The notes: a model not told the origin generated them from the letters alone. 64,000 nucleotides of DNA from an uncultured Candidatus Saccharibacteria bacterium (GCA_963718685.1 OY970356.1:497031-561030); one strand, 5' to 3'. Shown: positions 8,628 through 18,577, numbered from the stretch's first letter. A program made the numbers and translations.

Positions 8628-9908
8628 TTATTTCAGCAAGCCTTGAACAATTCTATCTTGCTTAGTCGTATCCCGATCACGAACAGTTACAGTATCATCT
8701 TCCAGAGTTTGGAAGTCTATTACTACGTGATGCAAGACGCCGATTTCGTCGCTGCGGCGGTAGCGTTTACCGATATTACCGTTGTCGTCCCAATTTACTG
8801 CGCCGTGCTTTTTCTTTAGGGCTTTATAAACTTCCTGCGCCTTTTCCACCAGCTCTGGCTTGTTTTTAAGCAAAGGTGAAACGGCATATTTTACCGGTGC
8901 GATGTTTTCTGGCAGCTTTAAGTAAACACGCTTTTCGCCGCCGACTTCGTCTTCTGTGTAAGCAGCATCTAACACAGCCATAACTGCGCGCTCTACACCA
9001 AAGCTTGGCTCTATCACATGTGGAATGAACTTTTCGTTCGTGCCTTTGATGGTGTATTCCATGCTGCGGCCGCTGGCTTTTTGAATATTGCTAAGGTCGA
9101 AATCTGTGCGATACGCCAGACCCAGCAGCTCTTCGCGGCCGATTGGGTAATCGTATTCAATATCAACCGTGCGCTTGCTGTAGTGCGCTCTGTCGTCACT
9201 AGGAACTTCCAGCTCGTGAATTTTATCTTTAGGTAAACCAAGCTTTTCTAAAAAGACGTGCACATCTTTTAGCAGCGCCTCGAAAGCCTTTTCCCATTCT
9301 TTGGGGTTAACGAAATATTCAATTTCCATTTGTTCGAACTCGCGAGAGCGGAAAATAAAATCGCGCGGGCTGATTTCATTGCGAAAGGCTTTGCCCATTT
9401 GGGCTATACCAAATGGTAAATCTGGGTAAAAGCTGTCTAATACGTTTTTGTAATTAGTGAAAATACCTTGTGCGGTTTCTGGCCGCAAGTAACTAACCGA
9501 GCTTTCGTCTTCCAGCGGGCCAACATTGGTTTTAAACATCATATTAAACTGGCGCGGTTCGCTTAATTTGTCTTTAGTGCCGCAAACTGGGCATTTGCCA
9601 CCTTCAACATGATCTTCACGCAAGCGTGAATGACAGTCCAAGCACTCTACCATAGGGTCGCTGAATCCTGTGGCGTGGCCACTGGCTTCCCAAACTTTTT
9701 TGTTCATTAAAATCGCTGCGTCGACACCAAACATATCGTCGCGCTCGCTAACAAAAGTTTGCCACCAAAGATTCATGATGTTTCGTTTTAGCTGCACACC
9801 AAGCGGGCCGTAATCCCACGTGCCGCTTAAGCCGCCATAAACTTCAGAGCCCTGGTAAATAAACCCGCGGCGTTTAGCTAGGCTAACGATGTTTTCTAAA
9901 CTCGCCAT
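8628..9908 (-). CDS. glyQS: glycine--tRNA ligase (dimeric class II type)
   Basis: Canonical N-terminus IVSLAKRRGFIYQGSEVYGGLSGTWDYGPLG, 426 aa. Confidence 0.9.
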   Translation of the reverse strand: MASLENIVSLAKRRGFIYQGSEVYGGLSGTWDYGPLGVQLKRNIMNLWWQTFVSERDDMFGVDAAILMNKKVWEASGHATGFSDPMVECLDCHSRLREDHVEGGKCPVCGTKDKLSEPRQFNMMFKTNVGPLEDESSVSYLRPETAQGIFTNYKNVLDSFYPDLPFGIAQMGKAFRNEISPRDFIFRSREFEQMEIEYFVNPKEWEKAFEALLKDVHVFLEKLGLPKDKIHELEVPSDDRAHYSKRTVDIEYDYPIGREELLGLAYRTDFDLSNIQKASGRSMEYTIKGTNEKFIPHVIEPSFGVERAVMAVLDAAYTEDEVGGEKRVYLKLPENIAPVKYAVSPLLKNKPELVEKAQEVYKALKKKHGAVNWDDNGNIGKRYRRSDEIGVLHHVVIDFQTLEDDTVTVRDRDTTKQDRIVQGLLK

Positions 9909-9918
9909 ATTACAGTTT

Positions 9919-9927
9919 AGTATAGCA
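9919..9927 (-). promoter_or_regulatory. extended -10 (TGCTATACT) 10 nt upstream of the glyQS ATG, no SD
   Basis: Minus strand reads TGCTATACTAAACTGTAATATG. Confidence 0.4.
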
Positions 9928-9929
9928 GA

Positions 9930-10604
9930 TTAATCGCCAACTGCCCTGGCAACCGACAAGCAATCATTTAGTACGCGGTCTATTCCTGATAATTTGGCTA
10001 TGACTTCAGGCTTTTTTAAGTGCAAAATTTTTAGGAGTTTTAGGTGATCGGCCGAAAAGCTGCCCTTTTCGTCTTCCACGAACGACATCTCGGCAATGTC
10101 GAAACGATAATTTTTATCAGCTTTGAGTGGCTTGCCAGCCGAGTCGCTGCCAAGGTTTAAGCCATGCCCCATTGCCTCGGATAGATTAGCGTAAAACCAA
10201 GCTTCGGTAAGGTTAAGCGGGATATTTTTATTGTTCAGGCTTTCTAGCATGGTTTTAGCGATTTCATAAAACTTTGGTTCGGTTAAATAATCGTCTAGCT
10301 TAGAAAGACGCTTCAAGGCTTCATAACTAAACTGCAGGCGATCGTAATCTTCCATAATAAAGGTGAAAAACTTTTTAAGCCGCGCTGAAGTTATGATGCC
10401 CATGTCGCTTTTGCCATAGCGCACAACTAAATCTGTAACTGCTAAAAGTTCAATTCCACCCGCTAGTTTGCTGCCTTCGCGGCGCACACCTTTGGCAATA
10501 CCACTGAGTTTGCCGTTTTGCGGCGTGAGAAGCTGCAAAATCCTATCGGATTCGCCATAGTTAATACGCCTTAAAATGATGGCTTCAGTGCGAATCGGAC
10601 CCAT
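9930..10604 (-). CDS. recO: DNA repair protein RecO
   Basis: TEAIILRRINYGESDRIL N-terminal OB region typical of RecO, 224 aa. Confidence 0.75.
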   Translation of the reverse strand: MGPIRTEAIILRRINYGESDRILQLLTPQNGKLSGIAKGVRREGSKLAGGIELLAVTDLVVRYGKSDMGIITSARLKKFFTFIMEDYDRLQFSYEALKRLSKLDDYLTEPKFYEIAKTMLESLNNKNIPLNLTEAWFYANLSEAMGHGLNLGSDSAGKPLKADKNYRFDIAEMSFVEDEKGSFSADHLKLLKILHLKKPEVIAKLSGIDRVLNDCLSVARAVGD

Positions 10605-10975
10605 CAGACTACCTTCTTTAGCGTGCTAACCAGTTCTTTTGGCGTAAGATGAGATTTGTCTAAAACCGCCGCTACGCCATAGCCTTTTAGCGACTCGGCA
10701 TCTATTTGGTGCTGTTTCAGGCTGGTGCATAAAACGACCGGTATTGATTTTGTATCGGTGTATGATTGCAACTCATGAAGCAAAGCAAAGGCATTAACAC
10801 CTGGCAACAAGATATCTAGCAAGATAACGCTCGGCGGCATTTCGTCGATAGCATCTATCGCCTCTTTGGGGCTTCTTATCGCATCAACCTGCCAGCCCGC
10901 CTCGCTTAAAATAAGCTTAAAGCTGTCGGCCAGCCAAGAATCGTCTTCAACTATTAAAACCGTGTTCTTTTTCAT
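10604..10975 (-). CDS. stand-alone receiver-domain response regulator
   Basis: VLIVEDD ... ILLDILLPG receiver motifs, no output domain, 123 aa. Confidence 0.8.
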   Translation of the reverse strand: MKKNTVLIVEDDSWLADSFKLILSEAGWQVDAIRSPKEAIDAIDEMPPSVILLDILLPGVNAFALLHELQSYTDTKSIPVVLCTSLKQHQIDAESLKGYGVAAVLDKSHLTPKELVSTLKKVV

Positions 10976-11733
10976 GAAGGCAAAAAGCTAAGCTGCTGCA
11001 CAGACTGGGTTTCAATGAAAAACGTAGCCCCCACCTGACGATGCGCAATGGCGCCGATACGGCCGTTCATAGCCTCGGCAAATTGGCCGGCAATATAAAG
11101 CCCAAGACCGCTAGCAGCCGGATGTTCGCTGATAGGCTGAGGCATTTTACCCAAACGCTCGCGCAAGCGGCTGAAAATATCTTTTGAAATATGCGGGCCA
11201 TAATCTCGCACACTTAATCTAACCGCTGAATCAGAAGAGTGTTTCTTAACACTTAAAACAATTGGCCGTTTAGGATCGGTAGTGTGAGTTAGAGCATTAT
11301 CGCACAAGCCCAGAGTCGCGCTACGAAGCAGCTCATGATGTGCTAAAGCTAGCGTGGGCTGTTTTGGTAAATGAAGCTCTATCTTTCTGTCCATTGCTTT
11401 TAAAAGCGGTGTCAGTTCGTGAGCCACGTCTTCGCATAAACGAGAAGTTTGCACCGGTTCAAGCGCAAAATCGCCTTCTGACAGCCTGGTGCTGCGAGTT
11501 AAGGCTTCTACAAGACGCATTGAGCGCTCGCTGGTCAGTTCAATCCTCTGGGCAATTTGCTTTTTATCTGCTGCGCCAGTTAATTTATCGTCTTGTAGCA
11601 AAAGAGCAAGTTGGCGAATTAGCACCAGCGGTGCCTTAAGTTCATGCGCCGCTGCCACCAGTGATTCATTGTCAGCTAGCGCACTAGATAACTGCTGATC
11701 CCTCGCCTCCATATCTAATAAGTAGTGTAGCAC
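10972..11733 (-). CDS. soluble histidine kinase (HisKA plus HATPase, no sensor or TM)
   Basis: H-box AAHELKAPL, G-box SGLGLYIAGQFAEAMNG, 253 aa. Confidence 0.8.
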   Translation of the reverse strand: MLHYLLDMEARDQQLSSALADNESLVAAAHELKAPLVLIRQLALLLQDDKLTGAADKKQIAQRIELTSERSMRLVEALTRSTRLSEGDFALEPVQTSRLCEDVAHELTPLLKAMDRKIELHLPKQPTLALAHHELLRSATLGLCDNALTHTTDPKRPIVLSVKKHSSDSAVRLSVRDYGPHISKDIFSRLRERLGKMPQPISEHPAASGLGLYIAGQFAEAMNGRIGAIAHRQVGATFFIETQSVQQLSFLPS

Positions 11734-11770
11734 ATTTTGTGGCTACGCTAACTTTTGTTAAACGAAGTTT

Positions 11771-12430
11771 TTACGGATTAAAGTTTAGAGATTTAACGAT
11801 ATTATTAAAGTCGTGCACATAGGTTTGCAAGTCGGTTTGCAAAATAAGAGTCTTGTCGCGAACCTTAAAGATAACGGCTGCACCATTTACGTTAGGCGTA
11901 AAATGGCCGTCCAGACGTGTGCCGTTATATCCGGAAGCTTGAGCCACAGAGCTGCGCAATGCCCCACTTTGCAATAAGCCCTGGTATTGCTGCAAGACCT
12001 GAGAATAAGTTTGATTTAAAATAGAGACTCTCAAACCAAACTTATTATTGCCGTTGGTTGATGGAACCTGGTCTTTATTCAAATATGCCGCATAGGTGCC
12101 GCTCGTGCCCGGATTATATATATAAACGCTCCAGGTTTTAGGGTAGTCAAAAGAAACGCGGCCAAGATCATCCGGCCCGACGAATTGTTTATTCGGCTCT
12201 TTTTCGCGCTCGGCAAAAGTTTTATTGTCTTGGTTGAGCTGCTGCTGCTTTGCGTCAGCTACGGCACTGTCAATCTTGCTGTTAACGTTGGTTTTTTGGT
12301 CGTTATAGTTAACAAGTGCCCAAATCATTACCGAGCCCAGAACCAACACCAAAATACTTAGCACTATGTTAACAACCAGCTGGCCGGTTACCAAGCCAAC
12401 TTCTTGTTGTAAAATGCGTTTATTCTTCAT
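11771..12430 (-). CDS. membrane-anchored hypothetical protein
   Basis: One N-terminal TM, then a Q/N-rich extracytoplasmic region. Confidence 0.55.
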   Translation of the reverse strand: MKNKRILQQEVGLVTGQLVVNIVLSILVLVLGSVMIWALVNYNDQKTNVNSKIDSAVADAKQQQLNQDNKTFAEREKEPNKQFVGPDDLGRVSFDYPKTWSVYIYNPGTSGTYAAYLNKDQVPSTNGNNKFGLRVSILNQTYSQVLQQYQGLLQSGALRSSVAQASGYNGTRLDGHFTPNVNGAAVIFKVRDKTLILQTDLQTYVHDFNNIVKSLNFNP

Positions 12431-12472
12431 GACGATAACTATACCCTACCCGGCTTAGGTTTGTAAAGACGC

Positions 12473-12979
12473 TTACGGTTTAAGTTTATAAAGATGCATC
12501 GGCCCTACGTTTTTTTGTAAAGGCACGCTGGAGGGCAATTTAAAACTATAACTAATAATCGTAAGGGGCCGGCGTGTTCTTACCACGTGAGCCTTCAAAT
12601 AACGTTCAAGCCGCTTCATGTCGCGGCCGTTGATAAAAACGTACACCAACGTAGTTTCAGCCGGCAGCCGCACCAACCAAAAATCACTCCAGCGGGTAGT
12701 TTGGTTTTTATAGTTTCGCCCTAAAAACCAAGCCATAAACACTAAAAACGGGTTGAGTTCATAGCCAATGGCTTTGGCGCCTTTTTTGGAAGCATATCTG
12801 AGCAAACTGCCGTCGCCCGAGCCCAGATCAACCACTACGTCACGCGAGCCAACTTTATACAACTCATCAAAAGCCTGCTGGCGTTGGCGCTTCATGGTAG
12901 GCACGTAAGGCGCACCGCGGAAAACTACCAGCCCAAAACTGGCCAGCAGCAAACCTCCTAAAACCAGCCAACCCGGCAC
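12473..12979 (-). CDS. class I SAM-dependent methyltransferase
   Basis: Motif I VVDLGSGDGSLL, N-terminal TM. Confidence 0.6.
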   Translation of the reverse strand: MPGWLVLGGLLLASFGLVVFRGAPYVPTMKRQRQQAFDELYKVGSRDVVVDLGSGDGSLLRYASKKGAKAIGYELNPFLVFMAWFLGRNYKNQTTRWSDFWLVRLPAETTLVYVFINGRDMKRLERYLKAHVVRTRRPLTIISYSFKLPSSVPLQKNVGPMHLYKLKP

Positions 12980-13191
12980 TATTTTTCCTCTTGATCAAAT
13001 CGTTTAGATAAAACTGTAATTTCGTTTTTCAGCTCACTAAGCTGCTTTTCAATTTCTTTGGACAGTTCATCGGCTTCTTTAAACTTTTTCAGCGCATCCT
13101 CAATTGAAAAATCTTCTTGGTCAAACCAAGCCACCAGCTCGTCGAGCTTTTTTAACTTGGCACTTAGATCTGAATTATTTTTTGCTGACAT
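12979..13191 (-). CDS. xseB: exodeoxyribonuclease VII small subunit
   Basis: 70-aa helical protein directly downstream of, and overlapping, xseA. Confidence 0.75.
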   Translation of the reverse strand: MSAKNNSDLSAKLKKLDELVAWFDQEDFSIEDALKKFKEADELSKEIEKQLSELKNEITVLSKRFDQEEK

Positions 13192-14299
13192 TTATTACTC
13201 CTGCCTTAATTATAGCTTTGTTTAACTCGATAGCTAATTCATTGCCCTTTTGCAACTTAGCCACGTTAACGCCGCTTACAACCTTGCCCTGGCTGCGCAC
13301 AATTCCGTAGCCGCGCTTTAAAACCTGTCTAGGGTCGACTTGGTTTAAACTACGACCCAAAGCCTGATAATCAGTCTGGAGCTGTTGCTGGCGGCGTCTT
13401 AAAGCTTCGTAACTACTTTGTAAACCCTCGCTGACTTCCCTCTGCTTAGAATCAAGCTGGTTTTTAGTTCTTTCAAGCATGCGTTTCAAAGTGTAATGAG
13501 CGCCTTCGATAATCTGGTTCTTGTCAGGAACTAAAATCTGAGCCGCGTTGCTAGGAGTACTGGCTCGGCTATCCGCTACCATATCAGCTAACGTAATGTC
13601 GGTTTCATGGCCGACTCCGACTAGCGTAGGTACCCGGCTGGCTGCGATTGCCCGAACCAAAGGTTCGTCGTTAAAAGCCGCCAAGTCATCGGCACTGCCG
13701 CCGCCGCGAACAACCACAATTACCTCAGGCGGTTCCGATGCTTCATTAAAATATTGCAAAGCCCTAATTATCTGAGGCGGCGCGCTATTACCCTGTACTA
13801 GCACATGCGCAACTTCAACTTTTAAACCGCCAAAACGTTGGTTTAAAATCTTGATAAAATCTGCAAAACCTGCCGCTTCGGTAGAGCTAATCACGCCTAC
13901 TTTAGAAGGCAAACTCGGAAGCGGCCTTTTACGCTCAAGGTCAAACAAGCCTTCTTTAGCTAGTTTAGCTTTTAACAGCTCAAAAGCCCGCCTTAAGCTG
14001 CCCTCGCCCATCAAGTCGATACGCTTTACAGTCAAGCTGAATTTGCCCCAAGCGGTAATTTTAGGCTGGGCAAAAACTTCGACTTTCATGCCATCTTCCA
14101 AAGGTGTGCGTAGCTGGTATTTCATCATGAAACAGCTAAGACTAGACTTATCATCTTTGATATCAAAAAATACATACTTATTTTGGCTGATTTTAAAATT
14201 ACTAACCTCGCCCACAACACTTAAGTCGGGATAGGCATAATCTAGGGTTTGATTAATTACTGCTACGCACTGGCTAACGCTTAATTGGACCGTTGTCAT
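13175..14299 (-). CDS. xseA: exodeoxyribonuclease VII large subunit
   Basis: N-terminal OB fold (VVGEVSNFKISQNKYVFFDIKD), catalytic region VVVRGGGSADDLAAFNDE. Confidence 0.85.
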   Translation of the reverse strand: MTTVQLSVSQCVAVINQTLDYAYPDLSVVGEVSNFKISQNKYVFFDIKDDKSSLSCFMMKYQLRTPLEDGMKVEVFAQPKITAWGKFSLTVKRIDLMGEGSLRRAFELLKAKLAKEGLFDLERKRPLPSLPSKVGVISSTEAAGFADFIKILNQRFGGLKVEVAHVLVQGNSAPPQIIRALQYFNEASEPPEVIVVVRGGGSADDLAAFNDEPLVRAIAASRVPTLVGVGHETDITLADMVADSRASTPSNAAQILVPDKNQIIEGAHYTLKRMLERTKNQLDSKQREVSEGLQSSYEALRRRQQQLQTDYQALGRSLNQVDPRQVLKRGYGIVRSQGKVVSGVNVAKLQKGNELAIELNKAIIKAGVINVSKK

Positions 14300-15329
14300 G
14301 ATCGTACTTCCAAATGGTTAGTTGATAAAATATGTAGCCGGTTCCGATAGTAAGAAGTAGCAATATGACTCTTGCAAGCAACACGCCCGCAATTGCCAAG
14401 CCCTGCCCTATGCCAGCCGCCGCTAAAAATGCAATCATCAAAGCTTCAAAAGCTCCAGCTCCACCTGGAGTAATAACTATAAAGCCGGCAAACGAAGCTA
14501 GGCCGTAAGCAATAATGATTGGTGCCGGGTTAACTAGACCGCCCAGCGACCAAAACACCAAGGAATACGGCAAAATATCCAGCACCATAAAGAGCAAACC
14601 CCACAGGTAAGGCTTAATGAGTAATTTTTTATCTGCCTTAAGAGCAACGTAATCTACGTGTATTTCATCAAAGAATTTTTCTACAACCTTTAGGTTGAAA
14701 ACATCTTTCTTACGCCCCGCAGTTACCCAACCGACAAAGCCGTTTATAGCATTAGTCGACCAGCGCGCAAATGAATTAAGGCGTGTTTTGCTATTAGCAA
14801 GATAAATGCCGAAAACCAGAGTAAAAATTGCAAAAGTAGTCAGCAAGGTGCTGAACATTAAAATCGGCCGGCTTACGCCGCTGTCCCAAGTTACCGCTAT
14901 TACAGAAATAATAAGCAAGGTGGTAAATGCTAAAAATCCCACTGCATAACGCACAATCAAAGCTAACGTGGAGCGGCTGGCCGGAACTCCCATTTTGCCC
15001 AAGCGCCATCCTATATACGAGAAGCCGGATACTCCCCCGCTTGGTAAAATATGATTTACAAAGTTACCTTCAATAGCTATGCGAGCCAAAGACCAACGAG
15101 ATGCATTATGAAGTTCATTTTTGTCGCGCAAATAGGTAAATATCATCTCACCCACCGCGTAATAAGATAGAAGCTGAGTTGGAATAATCAGCAACAAAAT
15201 CCATATGTTGACTTGACCCAACAGATTCCATGCCTGCAATATTTCATGCCTAGATAGAAATATTATGAGAGCTATCAGCAAAAAAGTCGCAATGCTTAGC
15301 CAGCCTTTGAAGGATAATTTTCGCTTCAT
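14274..15329 (-). CDS. UPF0104/LPG-synthase-TM-like (flippase-like) membrane protein
   Basis: Polytopic, contains ITPGGAGAFEA typical of this family. Confidence 0.55.
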   Translation of the reverse strand: MKRKLSFKGWLSIATFLLIALIIFLSRHEILQAWNLLGQVNIWILLLIIPTQLLSYYAVGEMIFTYLRDKNELHNASRWSLARIAIEGNFVNHILPSGGVSGFSYIGWRLGKMGVPASRSTLALIVRYAVGFLAFTTLLIISVIAVTWDSGVSRPILMFSTLLTTFAIFTLVFGIYLANSKTRLNSFARWSTNAINGFVGWVTAGRKKDVFNLKVVEKFFDEIHVDYVALKADKKLLIKPYLWGLLFMVLDILPYSLVFWSLGGLVNPAPIIIAYGLASFAGFIVITPGGAGAFEALMIAFLAAAGIGQGLAIAGVLLARVILLLLTIGTGYIFYQLTIWKYDHDNGPIKR

Positions 15330-15367
15330 ACTTTGGCCATTATACCCGATATCGCTGGCAAGGTATA

Positions 15368-16603
15368 ATGAAGTTTAGCATTATGAAAACAATATATATT
15401 TTAGGGAGACAGCCTAGTATCGGCCTGGCAGAATTAGAGGCTATATACGAGGCGAAAGACATCTCAGAAGTCTCTACCCAAGTTGCACTTGTAGCAAAAC
15501 CACCGATAAATCACCCTATTGGCAGCGCAGTCAAAACTGCTCAACTACTTACTACTCTGCCGACTAAGCCGTGGCCTGAGCTGAGTAATAAAATTATTCA
15601 CTACCTTTTAAAGACATTGCCAAGTGAGGGTAAAGTGACGCTAGGGATTAGCGTATACGGCTCTGACGTTAATTCTAAAAAACTGCAGGCAATCGGCTTG
15701 AACCTAAAACGCCAAAGGAAAAAAGCTAACTTACCGAGTCTCAGGTTAATCCCCAACAAAAGCCCTACTCTCAATAGCGCCCAAGTGCTCCACAATAAAC
15801 TCACCAGTGACAATAAATGGGAGCTACTGATAATATTCACTAATAAAAATGAGGTCGTGTTGGCTAAAACTACTGATGTGCAAGATATAGTAGCCTACAC
15901 CAAGCGCGACCGTGGACGGCCGCGAAGAGATGCTCGTGTCGGAATGCTACCGCCAAAGTTGGCCCAAACCATGATTAACCTAGCTAACAGTAGCAGTTCT
16001 GATATCTCGGCAAGCGATGGTAAGCTAGCGCTTCCCGAGTCGAAGACTTTCGACTCGGCGAAAGAGCGCCTGCTCGATCCTTTCTGCGGCACTGGAGTTG
16101 TTCTGCAAGAAGCTGCTTTAATGGGATACTCGGTTTATGGCACAGATTTAAACGAAAGGATGATCCACTACAGTCGCGATAACCTTAATTGGTTACAAGA
16201 CATGCTTGGTATCCGTTTTGAGTGGTATCTTCACCAAGCCGACGCTACAAATGCTACCTGGCAACAGCCCATTGATTTAGTAGTTAGCGAAGCTTACCTA
16301 GGACGCCCCTTTACTTCTGCCCCTAATGAAGCAATTTTACAAACCACCATTAATGACTGCGGTAGCATTACTAAAAAATTCCTAGAAAACATCGCCGCTC
16401 AGATTAAGCCCGGTACCAAATTATGTATAGCCGTACCGGCGTGGTTTATAAAAAATAAAACTTATCGCTTACCTTTGCTTGACGACCTCAGAAATATTGG
16501 CTATAATCGATTAGATTTTAAGCACGCCTCGCATGAAGATCTTATATATCATCGTGAAGGCCAAATCGTTGGCCGTGAGTTACTAGTGTTAACAAGGAGA
16601 TAA
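15368..16603 (+). CDS. putative RNA/DNA methyltransferase (UPF0020-like)
   Basis: SAM motif LDPFCGTGVVLQEA. The start may be the internal MKTIYILG. Confidence 0.5.
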   Translation: MKFSIMKTIYILGRQPSIGLAELEAIYEAKDISEVSTQVALVAKPPINHPIGSAVKTAQLLTTLPTKPWPELSNKIIHYLLKTLPSEGKVTLGISVYGSDVNSKKLQAIGLNLKRQRKKANLPSLRLIPNKSPTLNSAQVLHNKLTSDNKWELLIIFTNKNEVVLAKTTDVQDIVAYTKRDRGRPRRDARVGMLPPKLAQTMINLANSSSSDISASDGKLALPESKTFDSAKERLLDPFCGTGVVLQEAALMGYSVYGTDLNERMIHYSRDNLNWLQDMLGIRFEWYLHQADATNATWQQPIDLVVSEAYLGRPFTSAPNEAILQTTINDCGSITKKFLENIAAQIKPGTKLCIAVPAWFIKNKTYRLPLLDDLRNIGYNRLDFKHASHEDLIYHREGQIVGRELLVLTRR

Positions 16604-16604
16604 T

Positions 16605-16877
16605 ATGTCACATGTTAAAGCCGGCGGATCCGCCAAAAATGTCCACGATAGTCCAGGTCAGCGCCTGGGAGTTAAGCGTGCCAGCGGTCAAAAAGTTCGT
16701 GCAGGCGAAGTGCTTGTTCGCCAAGTTGGACAAACTAAATTAGCCGGCGTGGGTACTTACCTTAGCCGCAATTTCACTATTCACGCCGCTAAAGATGGCG
16801 TGGTTGGTTTTCGCCAGATTAAAAAACGCCGCTTTAGCGGCACAACTTCTCGCCGTACTCAAGTAGTTGTTGAGTAA
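16605..16877 (+). CDS. rpmA: 50S ribosomal protein L27
   Basis: KAGGSAKNVHDSPGQRLGVKR ... VLVRQVG matches the L27 core. Confidence 0.9.
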   Translation: MSHVKAGGSAKNVHDSPGQRLGVKRASGQKVRAGEVLVRQVGQTKLAGVGTYLSRNFTIHAAKDGVVGFRQIKKRRFSGTTSRRTQVVVE

Positions 16878-16885
16878 AAGCTTAA

Positions 16886-17314
16886 TTATTTTTCTTTTTT
16901 GTCGTCTTCTTTGGAAGACTCGTCTTTTTTAGAATTTTGGGTCATTCCAAGGTGATATTTAATTTTATCGACTACATCGCCAATTACCACTTGGGATTTA
17001 ATTAGGTAATCATCTACCCCTAAGCTTTCAGCTCGATCCTTATCTTTTGGCTGGCTAAGCGCGGTTAACATAATAACCCGGACATTAGCTGTTTCAGGAG
17101 TATTTCTTAAGATGTCTAACACATCAAAACCGCTAATCTTTGGCATCATAGCATCCAGAACAATAAGATCCGGTTTAAAATCCGTAGTAACCGCCAAAGC
17201 GTTTTCGCCGTCGTTTACCTCATTAACTTCAAAGCCTTCTAGCTCTAGTCGCGAGCGATAAACGCTTGCTAGATTGACATCATCTTCAACCAGTAAAATT
17301 TTTTTCTTCTGCAT
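16886..17314 (-). CDS. receiver-domain response regulator with charged tail
   Basis: ILLVEDD ... DLIVLDAMMPKISG ... K, C-terminal KKDESSKEDDKKEK. Confidence 0.8.
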   Translation of the reverse strand: MQKKKILLVEDDVNLASVYRSRLELEGFEVNEVNDGENALAVTTDFKPDLIVLDAMMPKISGFDVLDILRNTPETANVRVIMLTALSQPKDKDRAESLGVDDYLIKSQVVIGDVVDKIKYHLGMTQNSKKDESSKEDDKKEK

Positions 17315-17359
17315 AGTATGCCTTGATTATAGTCAACTCCACTATTTAGTACAAGGCTT

Positions 17360-18577
17360 TTAGTGGCGCAAAATACTCAGCGCTTTAGCTTGCTGAACAT
17401 CTTGCCCCGCTTTTGCCTCTTTATCGGTTAGCTTTACGATAACATCGGGTTTAATGCCCGATTTAGAAATATTCTTGCCGTCAGGCGTGTACCACTTCGA
17501 TACAGTAACCTTGAGTTGCGCGCCATTACTTAGTTTTATAATTTCTTGCACACTACCCTTTCCGAAGGTCTGTTCACCCACCAATGTAGCTACGCCGTTG
17601 TCTTTAAGTGCACCAGCCAGAATCTCGCTTGCACTGGCACTTCCGCCGTCAACCAAAACCACCGTCGGTACGCCAGCAAGAATTGCGTCGCCTTCGCTAG
17701 ATCGCAGTCTATCGGTTATTTTACCTTTGGTACGCTCTGTAACAACCGGCTTGTTATTCAGCCATAAGCTTGCTACATCTCGTGCAGCTACCAAATATCC
17801 GCCACCATCACCGCGTAAATCAACTATCACGCCTTTTACGCCATGGTCCCGGAAGTTTTGCGCCGCTTCGCGGGCTGATCTCACCGTATCGTTATCGCCA
17901 AAGCGAGAAATCCGCATAATACCGATGTTATCTTTGGTAATATGAGCTTTTACGCTAGGGTCGGTAACTTTAGCTCTGGTAATATCCAACTCTCGGGTAT
18001 CGTTTTTGCCACGCATAATCGTCAGTTTTATAGTCGTCCCCGCTTCACCACGAATTTTACTAACTGATTCATCAAGCGACCAGCCTTTTGTGTCGTGATT
18101 GTTTACCTTTGCGATAACATCTTGCTGCTTAAGCCCAGCTTTTTTAGCAGGGCTGCCGTCCACTACACTTATAACCGTTAATTTGTCATTACGTAGCGTA
18201 AGCTCAGCGCCAATGCCGGTAATAGTGCCATTCAAGTCGCTGGAAAAGTCCGCGGCCTGCTTTTTATCAAAATATACCGTATAAGGATCGTCTATCGCCT
18301 TCACCAAGCCTTGATTAGCCCCGGCAATCAGTTTGCTTGTATCAAGCCGTCCGTCGTAATGCTTGGATAGCTCATTATAAGTTTGCTGAACAGAACTCAA
18401 ATCCAAAGATTTGTTGACTATACTGCCGTCAGACAGCCAATTGTGCGTGCGGGTACCAAGCACAAACATCACCACCGCTACAACTGCTAAGCTGATAGCA
18501 AAAGTAGCTTTGGATATGCCTTTTGGCTGACTCTCCCCACCATAACTATTTGTTTTATTTTTAGGCATCAAAATCAA
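17360..18577 (-). CDS. S41 carboxy-terminal processing peptidase
   Basis: PDZ region, then VDLRGDGGGYL and GGSASASEILAG. Confidence 0.8.
   Translation of the reverse strand: MILMPKNKTNSYGGESQPKGISKATFAISLAVVAVVMFVLGTRTHNWLSDGSIVNKSLDLSSVQQTYNELSKHYDGRLDTSKLIAGANQGLVKAIDDPYTVYFDKKQAADFSSDLNGTITGIGAELTLRNDKLTVISVVDGSPAKKAGLKQQDVIAKVNNHDTKGWSLDESVSKIRGEAGTTIKLTIMRGKNDTRELDITRAKVTDPSVKAHITKDNIGIMRISRFGDNDTVRSAREAAQNFRDHGVKGVIVDLRGDGGGYLVAARDVASLWLNNKPVVTERTKGKITDRLRSSEGDAILAGVPTVVLVDGGSASASEILAGALKDNGVATLVGEQTFGKGSVQEIIKLSNGAQLKVTVSKWYTPDGKNISKSGIKPDVIVKLTDKEAKAGQDVQQAKALSILRH

Noticed and set aside
8628-9929. T-box or other riboswitch leaders upstream of the aaRS genes (glyQS, serS, lysS, proS)
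   Set aside because: The upstream intergenic spacers are only about 16-40 nt. That is far too short for a T-box leader of about 200 nt.
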